Below, piece by piece: positions 22,681-34,900 of a stretch of 64,000 nucleotides of DNA. Every line of letters starts with the position of its first letter. Positions within the stretch are counted from its first letter, which is position 1. The notes beneath the pieces were generated by a model that was not told where the DNA came from, did no database searches, and saw nothing but the letters and a program-made list of their open reading frames with translations. Source of the DNA: Ascidiella aspersa (taxonomy: Eukaryota). The translations under genes and the position numbers were made by a program. Location: assembly GCA_963924565.1 (NCBI GenBank), contig OZ004615.1:15562001-15626000 (forward strand), given 5' to 3'.

Positions 22681-25600
22681 TTAAAGTGCAGTTGATTTAG
22701 TAGTGGAGTTCATCGTTGCAATAGAATTTGTAACGTGAGAATGTCTTCTGAATTCCATCAAGGACAATCGCTTTCTAGACTTTAAAACACAGGTTCTCAA
22801 CTTCTTAAAAACCACCTTCGGCAAGCTGCTGTAAATCAACGGATTCAGGGAGCTGTTGATTGGCAAAAGGAGAATAGCAGATATGGCGTAAGACATGGGC
22901 GATAAAATAGCACCACCCATGCTGAGAAATGTCATGATGCAGATTGGAAGCCAGCAGCACAAGTCAGTAGCGATTAATAGCGTGACTTTACGCTGCATCA
23001 CTTTAGTTTGCTTGTTTTTCTTTGTGAAGGCTTTGGCCCCTTGCGCAATTCCTTTACGTCGTTGTGAGATCCAATAAATTGCCCCGTATGCGCACGCAAT
23101 ATACAGCAATGCGACGAAATTGAACGTGATAATAACTGACGACATGACATTAACGCTGTCACTGTTTTCGATGCGATACAGCCTTGGAATGCACACGCTA
23201 CTGCTACTGTAATAACCATAGGAGCTGACAAAAGTTGGTACTGACGGGCCAAATTCGCCGAGGTAGCTTGTCAAATCTAACCAATTGGAATTCCACAAGT
23301 CAGTTTTGGGTTGCGACTTGTTGCTGATTACGGAAAAGCGCCCAGCAAAAGTTTGTAATTCCGACAATACTATCGTGTCATTAGCAAAATAGGGACTTGG
23401 GCGAATCTGAATTTTCCATACCATTAAACTGGACAGAGCTGGTATAATAGGAAGGATTGACATAGCGACGGAAACAAGCCATATGGTAGTAATCCACATA
23501 ACGGCAATTCTCAGCCGAACATTTCGCGATGTAATCGGGTTAAAGACGCTGAACAATCGGTAAGATGTAATGCATACTAGCGTAAGAACGGAAGTCTCGG
23601 AAGAGAGAACTGTCAAAACACCAATGATATCACATAAATTGCTTGATCTCCAAGCTTTGTCGCGAATGCTGTACTCACCGCTAAACTGAACCGCCTTAAT
23701 GCCAATTATCAACAAGGCAATGCCCATGATAAAATCCGAAACGGCGAGGTTCAGGATTAGGACACGGTTTATCAAACCCAATCGCTGGCGGTTCTGTGCA
23801 GTTGTACGTTTGCGCAGAGAGACGCAGGTTTGAACGAAAACCGCCAGGTTTCCCAGCAAAGCGAGGACAGCCATAAACCAAACAAGGATCTCCAGTGCGC
23901 GCCACTTTATCATTTGGGTGTTGGAAGCCAGGGCATCGTGTTGTGAACACTCGGGAGGACATTCGTCTGAACCATTCAGACAATCTACGACTCCGTCTTG
24001 AACCTTGTCACGTGAGATGAACAGTGGCTTCTTATCCGTGCAGTAAAAGTGCGTGCTTTTAGGGCAGTTTAGCTCGTCCTTCCAGTCATCGCAGTCCGGT
24101 TTAAGATTGCACAATTTCTCTTTAGGAATGGCGGTTTTAGTTTTCACTGCAAATGCAACACTGGGGTAAGTATATTGACATGTCAATTAAACAATATAAA
24201 CAAAATATGTTATTGATACTCAAAGGTTATTTTTATGTTTTGTTATTAACTTCTCTACATTTAAGCTTTTCGTAGATTTACAAATATAGGTCACTTTTTT
24301 ACTTATTGTTCTAGCCTATACCCTATTATAACTGCCTTTCCTAAATAAATATAGAAAATATAACTATTTTGCGTGAATTGTCACATTACAGTTTACCTCC
24401 AAACACGGCCTGAACTGGGCCTGCTTGACATTGGAATAGGTTACTGCAGTTCATCTCATCAAATCCTTCATTGCACTCCACCACCCCGTTGCATATGTTG
24501 GATCCAAATATAAAATCAAGTATACCGGAGCATTTTCTTGATCTCAGATGGAATGCAAAGTCAAACATCGGGATAAATCCTACTGGTATGATGGTCTACA
24601 AAACAAATTAGCTACGACTTAAGTACGTAATTGGGGCCTGGCCAATATTCAGATGGGTCGGGTCGTATTCGATTAAGCTCTCAACGTGTCTGGGCATTTA
24701 CCTTGTAGAGTTTGTATAAAACTGTATTTATCCTTGTGAAAGACATTATTAAACTAAAATAATTGTCATAGAGTTCCACCACCATATTAATTTAGTGCGT
24801 TTGTTGCGTTATGAGTATATTGCCATGCAGCATGCACGACTTGTACACGCGTTTCTCGCCTAGCTATTTCGCTAGCGTCCCTAACGGGGGAGTAATTATT
24901 AGTTTACGTTGGAATGGTGATTGCATTCTGCGCCCTATATAACCGTAACCGTGCGTGTTATTCGTTCTTTCATTCTGCTTTACCTCTACGCCTATGAGCA
25001 GCGTCTTAAGCTACCAAGGTCCTAGTTGAAACAAGAGTATACCGGTAACATGATCACGGACGTTCAACTAGCTGTGTTTGCGAACATGCTTGGAGTATCA
25101 CTGTTTTTGTTGGTTGTTGCATGTCATTATGTTGCAGTCAATAAACCAAAATCGAAATCTGACTAAATCAAGTTCCCCAACATGTACATATTTCCATGAA
25201 ACTTTTGTAGAAAAATTTTCTGCGATTGCAAAAATTTGCTGCGATTGCAAGACTTTCTTTGATGTCGAATTTATTCATGAATGCTTTTTTGAATTGCCTA
25301 TGCCAAAATAATGGCATATAACCTTGAAGACCAGTCTTGTGCAATAAAATCGTATCACAATAAAAAAAAAAAAAAAAGCAACAAGCCTTTTACGAATACA
25401 ACAGACGAATTAAATATGATCGCGGAACGACTGAACGGAAAACCGCTGTCGAACTACGTAGATCCTCACTGTGGAGAAGGTTATGGAACTGGTGCAGAAG
25501 CAACTACAGCAACAACCGCTACAACTGCAGCAAAACCAACAGCAACAGCAGCAGCTGCAGAACCTTCAGCAAAGCCAGATTGAAGCATAAGAGCGCCGCC

Positions 25601-28600
25601 ACGCCGAACAAATGGAAGTTATGATGGCGCTTATGAAGGAGAAGCCATCGAGCGTCTCATGTCGAGTACTGCAGCTGCAACAGCCACGCCTTCAAAGCAT
25701 TTGACGCGACGACGGAGCTTTGGGATGATTATTACTTTAGCACCTTCGCTGAAGCGCACGCTGTGCCCGAGGATAGAAAAGCGCAAGTCTTTAGAACGAT
25801 ACTTGTAGATTGTTGCTGCCTGGTCTGATAACGCTTTTCCATCTCGCTGCTCAAAGTTCACTGGCCAAGCAAATCAACGACCTTACATCCGATGAGATAT
25901 TTGCCTTTATGAAGGAGCAGTTCGACCCAAAACGCTTCGTGATTCATGAACGTTTCAAATTCTGGAACGACATGCAACGCAAGCCGGGTGAATCCATTCA
26001 ACAGTTGGCTGCGCGGATCCGTCAAGACGCCAGCACTTGCGATTTCTTTACAATCGAGGATCCATTGTCGAGTCGCTTCGCACACGTTTCATTTGCTCGG
26101 TCAATAACGAAGCAGTGCTTAAAGCCCTTTTTAAAATTCGATGCGACGAACTACCCTTTTTCCGTGCTGAACAAGTCGCTATACAAATCGAGAATGCCGC
26201 CAAGGTAGCTAAAGAAACACAGTTTACGGAACAAAACCGAGGCCTGTAGTGAACAAGGTGCGCGAATTTCGTAGACTAAGGCAAGACACAAAATAAGATG
26301 TGGTAAAGTGGGTCATATTAACCCTGAATGCCGTTTCAAGGACACTGTTTGCAATTTCTGCAAGCACACCGGTCACATGCAATCGGTTTGCCGTAAAAAA
26401 GCAGATGGCCTCTTTGCAAATCAAGTGGGTCGGTTTTTTCGGGTACCAAGGTTAGAGATTCCTATCTTGATCAATTCCAAAACGCGTCCCTAAGGCGCAG
26501 TAATTATTGGTTTACGTTGGAATTACACTTATGTAAAGCTATAGACCATATAGACCATATAGACCATAGCTTTACATAAGTGTTTTTTTGTCGTGAATTT
26601 TATTTAAAAAACGTAGTTTCGTCATGAAGTGACCACGCAGTTTTACTGCGAAAGCATGACCGTGACCACCAAGACTGCCTGCATTACCACGCGCCCGACA
26701 GATTTATTTAAGGCCAAGATAATTAAAAGCTATTTATAACAAGATTTTCGGCGCAACTAAGTGCTGTCACACTGTATCTAGACCCAAAACTACGATATAA
26801 TTAATATTTAAATGAAGAAAATTTGCTTTAATTAAAATATAATGAAAGTAAATATTAATTATTCCCCCCACCCAAAATAATAACCCGTTATTTTCCCTGT
26901 TTTATCTGCGGAAACTCAAAAGTACGCGCTTTGCACGATTTAGAGCTATGTTTCTAGAGTGTTTTCTTACACGTTTATCGAATCGGTTTGAAGCATAGCG
27001 TCTCATCGCAACCTCGATAAGTAACATCTTAAACCTAAAGCTTCCTAGTGTTACTTCTGTATGGCGTTGCGTTTAGATGTAACTTTGTGACATGACGCTT
27101 TGACGTAATTTTGTGACATTGTTTTCATCTCTGAACAATTGTCATGATAAAAAACAGAAAATCCTGGATATTCATAGATCTAGCTATGTAAAGGTTGGGG
27201 ACTAGGTTACAACTTTCGATGTATTTTATGCGAACGGATCGTTTGCCGTCCTAAATCCAATCCGAAATAGGTAAATAGAATGAAGCGAAGCAATTTCACC
27301 CATCCTAATAAACTTCGCTATATGATTTCGTTACGTTTTATTTCTCGTTTTTAAATATAACTTTAACTGTAGAGATTTTTTTTATTTTTTTTTATATTGG
27401 AGGGCATCACGAGTTATTGTAAAAATTAGAAAAAAGTCAGCATTTTGGAAAACACAGATATAAGGCATACGTGGTTCAAAGAAAAATTATAGCGGTTTTA
27501 GAAAACCTTATGCAAAATGTAAAATGCTATACGTACAGTTGTTATTGGAATCTGGTCGCAGACAGCAGGTTTCTCGGAACAATTTGCCCGGTCGCTGCAC
27601 TCGTCTTCAAACAATGCACATTCCACTTTTCCATCACACCTTGTTTCGACGAAAAACATAATTAGTCAAGTTGCCTAGGAAAACCATGCAATGAAATGCC
27701 ATTTGTTTTGTACCAATTCCTGCAGGCGTGAATCCAGGATGAAGGACGTGGCCCGAAACTTTATTTATTCTTTTTTAAACTAAATCAGGGGTTCCCAACT
27801 TGTGGGCCATGAGTCTTTTTTAAGCGGGCCATGAGTCTTTTTTAAGCGGGCCATGAAAAAATTAAAAAAATATATATTTTTAATTTATCATCTCTAAGTC
27901 TACTCCGTTCTAACTACCGGTTACTGCACAAACCATTCTTTTTTAATTAAAAATGATGTTTCTTATTTTAGCATATGGTTGAAAGAAATAGGGGGGCCAT
28001 TACTTGCTCAAAATTTTTAAAGGGGGCCACCGTATAAAAAAGGTTAGGAATCCCTGAACTAAATACACGCAAACATTATCGCACTTTGCGCGAATCTGCA
28101 ATATGTTTGTTAAATGTTTTATCCATTTTGAAAAATTTTTTTTTTTGTGACGTTACGTTATGACGTCACGTTGTAACGTCATAGTTCTGTGTTTTATAAA
28201 ATGACGTTTATCTGATATTACGCGAACCAACGCCACCCGTAATTTATTTGCGGCAGCGCCTAAGCTTCCGGTTCTTGAAAAGCGCATCCATTTAAAACGT
28301 GTGAAGCCATATGTAATAAGTTGTTTCTTACATTGTAAAGACGCTGTATTACCGGGTCGTGTTTACTACATAAACAGAAACAGGATTACAATTTAAGCGG
28401 TGTATGTTTTTGTAACCGTTTCATCTGCAGGCCAAACATAAGTTTCCAGACTTTTCGACCCTTACATTTATTAATTATATTGTAGAAGAAAGACGAAAAT
28501 CTTAATTAACATAGTATAAAAATATATAGGCCTAAACTTACGTAAACCTTTTCGCCTTAATACTAATGCCATTAACAAAGTTTAGCAATCATTATCCTAA

Positions 28601-31600
28601 TTAAAAAACATTGCTCCGTAATGGTCTAATGCTCGGTCGTGACCAATGGTCTAATGCTAGATGGTGACGAACTACCGTAATATAATGGCACTAAAACTTT
28701 ATGGCAGAGGGTATTCAACACGGCGGATTAAAAATATTGTCTTCGGTTTGTTATCAATACATTTTTGTTAGGATGTCTAATGATATAACCGTAGCTTATG
28801 TTAAAATATATTTTTGCCATTTCGTTCCTCATTTATTATTTGTTTTAATAGAGTTTAAATATTGTTGCTTAGACCTTTGAAATGGCGTTTAATGATTACT
28901 GATCAAATCGCAATACGTGACTGGGATAGAACACGTTTATCATGCTAATGGAGATTGTTGCAAAATACTTTTTTTAGTGTTTGTTTTACTAAAAAAATAT
29001 AATTTAGTATGTGTTTAGTGTGTGTTTTTATTTAAAAAAATATATATAATTAGAAGCGCAAAACCTAAAAAAATGATGTAAAAACAATATAAAATTGCTC
29101 AACAACTACCGGTTTGTTACGTTCATCAATCCAATTTGAATGTAATGGCCTCTTTTAGTTTTATCAAGCAATTTAAACATCTGTAATCTAGAACTGCCCA
29201 GCAATTTATTACTTTAGTTATGCACACACTAACGCGCTTGACTTAGTGCAGGATGACATAAATGCGGCCACCGTACAAGCTGGTGGTCACAGGCATATAT
29301 ATACAGAACTGCATCAAAAAAATCTACCACGGTGTAATATTTTTTAGAACCAGACACTCAGCCAATTAACTCCTGCTGTGTAAAATTAAAAAAAGCAATA
29401 ACTGTTATCTAGCCCTTCACTCTATTTGAATGTATACAGAATATGCAGTTAGTATTGCTTGTCTTTGACAAAGTTCTTCTTAAAAACAAACAATTCAACG
29501 AATTAACAAAAAGAAAAGGGGTGCGTCACAAGATCGACCCGCAAACTTTTCCGAAGGGATGCAAAGGAAAACAAAGGAATCACTGCTTTACATAACAAAT
29601 ATTGCTCCTATACATATAGTCTGTTTTACTTAAAGGTGTCTTACCGTTTAGCATTGATTGGCAATATAACGCCCATATATGAGCTGAACAAAATTTTGGC
29701 ATTGGAAAAGCCATCACACAGAAAGTCATATGCCAGCTTAGGTTTGGTTGTGACAATATCCCATCCGCAGTTTCTCTCGTCAACTTTTGAAATCGAACAG
29801 TCGACGACCCCATCGCAAACCTGCTTTCTAGAGATACAGGCTCCCGTTTGCGGACACTTAATCTCTCTTTCCACGCATTTCGCGCAAACAGTCGAAGTCG
29901 ACGTTTCGCCGTAGCAAACTTGGTCACAAAGGTCGCGCGAGCGATTGGCGGAAAGCTGGTCACGTGAGCAGAGACACTCGTCGCTAAGGTCTGGGCAGTC
30001 GAACACGCCGTCGCAAACTTGACGCTTGGCGATCGTCATGTTGGATTGCAAGCATTTCGCGCAGTTAAAAATTCCGTTGCTGGAAAAAAGCAGGAAAAAG
30101 TCGTTCGGGGTAATATGGTGCATCAAATCAAATCTTCATGGAGTCTGTTAAAACAATTGCTTCTACAATATTAGTAAGATTAGAATTCAATTGCTATTAC
30201 TTTTAGGCTTATTGTTCACTATAAGGTCTTTTGATAGGTCCGATGTACTTCATATTACTTATCCAGTCTTCAACATATTATAGCTTCGTAAAGTTTAGGT
30301 CTATTCTAGAAGATGCCGTAAGCCATATTGTATGTTGTAATGCATTTTACATTGATTTTTATTTGGTTCAGACAAGGACGTAAATCAGATGCAAGTATCT
30401 AACATATATTTGTCGACATTAATTCTGTCACTTTGAATTTTAGCGCATCGAAGGAAAAACAATAGGACCAGGGTTATAATGTCCCACTAGCTGGCTAATT
30501 GTCCCTTTTTTGCGGTTAATTTCTCGTTGCAAGGTAAATTGGCACAATCAATATTAAATCATCGGTTAAAAACGCGACTTGGACAAATTTACACGAATAA
30601 GCAAAGCATAATAGATTATAGTGATTATGTGACTATGTGTTCACATCGCTTATTGTCACAATAATTACTTTCCACTTTACAGCACCGGGACAGGCAGTCG
30701 TCCCAAAGTATGTAATTCCAAGTTTAAGGAAACGGTAAATACTCTATTAGGCCTATGTAACACCGGGTATTTTGTCTAGTATTTAACTAATTGGATAGAG
30801 GCCCGTGAGATAAAAAAAATTAATGTGGTAAAAGTATAGGGGACGTCTTATAATTATTTGTTGTTATTATTCAAAACTAAGTTTTATAACCATCAACTTA
30901 ATGACGTGACCCAAACTCATTCCTGTCACCATAAAACATTGACCGCGTAAAGTAACATGAAGATGTTATTTCCTTACGTTAACACCCCTCTGCTAAACGA
31001 TTCATGGCCATGCAACGTGTACAAAAGCCGTTGGCATGAAGCCAAACGGGACTTAACGAAACTGATCTTAACTTAACCAAACGAACTCAACTGAACTGAA
31101 TGCAATTGGACAATGGCTTAATTCACTCAACTAGAATAATGTAACGGACAGAAGGTATTATGTTGGACCGTTAGTTCTGTGCCATGGACCTTAAGCTATT
31201 TTTGTAAGTTGATTGCCAATCTGATGTAATTCAATAACTCAGATACGTTTAATCCATTACTGTGGCTAAGCTGTTGGAACACGAAACCTTCAACCTCAAT
31301 TTTTGCAAATGGAGGGGTGTCAATATCAGCGTTCACTCGCATCAGTCTCTAAACTAATATCAGTTTAGTCCTGCAAAAGCACAATGTTCAAATAACAAAA
31401 TATTTTTTGGATGGAGATCAAGTATTAAGTCAAGTGCCGGTAAAAACAGTAAACTGCTACAAAAACTGTTGGTATAAAATATTTAACTGTTCCCTACTTA
31501 AAGTGGTTTGTCTTATACCACGTTTACTTTTCAGCGTAAAAAGTGTTCTTTTTAAGGTTTTAACATCACCTTAAATTCATATCATCATAGATTTTCTTAC

Positions 31601-31949
31601 GTGTAACAAAGATCCGAATCGTCGTTGCACATGGCATAATTGTCCAATAGCGACCACTGAGGCAACACGCAATAGTTGACATTCTTGGTGATGCCGAACA
31701 CTGACTTGTAACACTTAAACCCAGGTAAGTTGCGGAAATCGTCAGCCCGACCCGGACAGTCCTGGTACTCATCGCACGAGTACGTACGAAACACGCACGT
31801 TTTCGGATCCGTTTGACAACGAAACATCCGCGGCTCTAGACAGCTTTCGATCTCATCACTGCAATCGCCGCAGTGATCCATTCCATCGCATAGTAGGTAC
31901 CTTTTGCAATATTGCCTTTTTAACTATACGAAATGCGACACAATCTGCT

Positions 31950-31987
<38 letters not shown>

Positions 31988-34900
31988 TACCGCTGTACTT
32001 CACGAAATGTTAACTATTATTAGTTAACGTTGATTTGTACAACAAGACTTATAATACTTTGCTTTAAAGAGTTTATTGAAAACAACTATTTGTTTTCACT
32101 TATTAAAGAATTATAGCATCATACCTGTTATTAAATTCAACCCAAAATTACAACCTCGTTACACGACATATCACGAAATTTTAATATTCCTATTAGGCCA
32201 AATAATGTGAAAAAAGGATTAAATACAATTAAACAAACCGGCAACCAAGCCTTTATGATTTAACCTCGGAATGCAGCGTTTTTTGTTGTGGCAGTGGAAC
32301 TCTCCTTCGACGCACGTCTCGTTGCTAGGTGGCGCCAGTTCATCGCTTCCATCCTTGCAGTTTGTCATCTTGTTCCCCCTCCACGAGCGCGGGATGCAGC
32401 GTCCTCCATTTGTGCATCGAAACTCGCGACTCGGATCGCACTGGAGGCTTCGCAGCTCGTCGGATCCGTCCGTACAGTCGCGGTATCCGTCCACGACCCG
32501 GTACCTTGCGATGCAGCGCTGATCAGCCTCACACCTAAACTCTGTGGCGTTATTGCAGGTTGAGAGTATCAACGCTTCGTCTCGTCCGTTGGCGCAGTCC
32601 TTCACTCCATCTGCAACCCACTCCCTTGGAATACACTGAAGACTGCTGCTGTTGTTATTGTTTACTAGACTGTTGTTGCTTGTCGAGAGGCAGGAAAATT
32701 CTGATGGAAGGCAGAATGGCAAGCTTTGCTTCTCGTCGCTGTCGTCTTTAATCAGCATCCCGTCGCAGTTCCGCACTCCGTTCATTACCATCCAGCGTGG
32801 GATGCATATCTTGCTCAAAGTGCACGCGAACTCTGTCATAAAACGCTGTTTTTATATATATTTTAAGTTCATATGAGTTGTGTTTAGATTGAACAGTATC
32901 TATGATTTATAAAATGCTTTGACCGCAAATACTTAACTTTGTCGAATCTTTTGGACTACATGTTCTGTCTTATACAATTACACAATTTACAAAAAGTCTG
33001 TGCTGTTAGTTTCTCACCTGTTAATGTTCCTAATTTACCATTGCCCTCATTGCATTATTTAGGTTTAGGCCTTAATTACAATGTTGTTATAATAAGTTTA
33101 ATAACCAGAATTGTTTGCACTTAAGTCACTTATTTTAAATGAATTGATTGATCTTTCAGAAAAATGAATTGACTTGGACTTGAGCCAATTGGGTTGATTT
33201 CAGAAATAATTTTTATAAAATTTGGTTTGTTTTTCACTCCCATTTCTTCTGTGAAACTGCGGGTTTGCGATATGTTATGTTTTTAATGTTTTCTATCAAA
33301 GTATCGCCCGTGGTTGGACAAGTTTACCAATTTTAGTATAGTTAACGTTTTAGTTTGATAAAAATACATTTTGACTACTTACTATTTTTGCTAATGACTT
33401 AACCCAGGGGTCGGCAACCCCTGGCACGCGTGTCGTAACTGTGTTGTATTTAATATTATTTTTTGTGGGCATACTTGTTGTTTACCAACCGTTCGTATTA
33501 CGTCGCAATGCCCTAAATTTGGCGTAAGATTTACTACGTTAAAGCAGGGCATTCTAAATCAGTGGTTCTCAACCGCCGGTCCGCGTCAACTTTTCTGCCG
33601 GTCCGCCAAATGTATTACAAATTTATATCTCAATTGCAAAAGCAAGATGTTTAAGGCGGCTTGTCCATCAAATTTAGAACTTAGCCAGTTCCGTAATTTG
33701 CAGCATTGTGATGTAACATAGAGTTAACGGTCTACTTTGGACTTCATCTTACGTCACAATACTGCAAGTGTTGTGCCCAACTATTTAAAAGTAGGCTACA
33801 ACTCGTTTCAATCCTAAACTTTAGGGTTGAGAACCACTGTTCTACATTAAAAGTAAGCACGTGTGTTTTTGTGCGACTGAGAAACCAACAAAAAGCTAAA
33901 CTGATAGTTAAACACTTCTAGGTATCGGCTTAAAAGCATCGAAGTATATTTCAAAAAAGATACGTAAATTAGATGTCAGATCACAGCAGGGCTGCTGAGT
34001 CGCACTCGGGAGTCGAAGAAGACCAGGTAAATCTACCCGATTCCTACGTGTCCGCATGAGCAGTACCAAATTTCGAAACTGATATGGCAGCAAACTGTAA
34101 ATGGTTAAGGTGGAATAGCATATGCTCGTGGCATATTTTCCATGACCCTATGAGTGGATTGCGGAATATCCACCCACCTTAATTTAGTTACGTAAATTGG
34201 TGAAATACAAAGGCTGAGTCGGACTCGGGGCGTGATGAAATCTGATATTTGTCCGGAGTCGGACTCGGGTTGGGTTTAACCGACTCCACAGCCCTGATTG
34301 CCAGTGCGAAACCAAACATAGAAAAATGTTGGGCACGCGAGTTGTTAATATTTTGACATTATACATAAACTGGCACACTGCGTACGAAAGGTTGCCGACC
34401 CCTGACTTAACCTATTGTGAATAACATCAGCAGTTCTGTTGGGTTTTGCATAAATTTGAGGTATATTTAAGCAGTTTTATCTTCTATTACTGCAAAACAT
34501 TTTTAATGACGATACAGATACAAACAGTGCAACATTTTATTTTTCGTTGCATGTGAAAAATATGCGAATGCCCCATTTCGGATAATGTTCTTTATCGGGT
34601 TGTAAAAGCTAACTTGTTCTATTTAAGTTGCATTCGTATAGGTTGTTTAGTTTTCTACTATACTTACCGTTTTCTCGACAAGGCAGCAACAAACTTTCGT
34701 TTACCCTGCAACTCCGTTCAGTGTTGATCAGATATCTTGGGGTACATTTCAACGAGATGCGGCAGCGAAATTCGTCGTCCGTACAGTTCAGGGCGGCTAA
34801 AGGACATATACGTTGATGATTGATATTGTTTAACTAATAAAACCTTTGTCGCTTGGATACGACACATTTACGCTAATTTAAAAAAGGCTAGTGAATTTAA

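Noticed and set aside
25311-25583. Ala/Thr-rich ORF as an antifreeze- or mucin-like gene
   Set aside because: Alternative frame of the CAG/CAA-rich (poly-Gln) start of the decayed gag.
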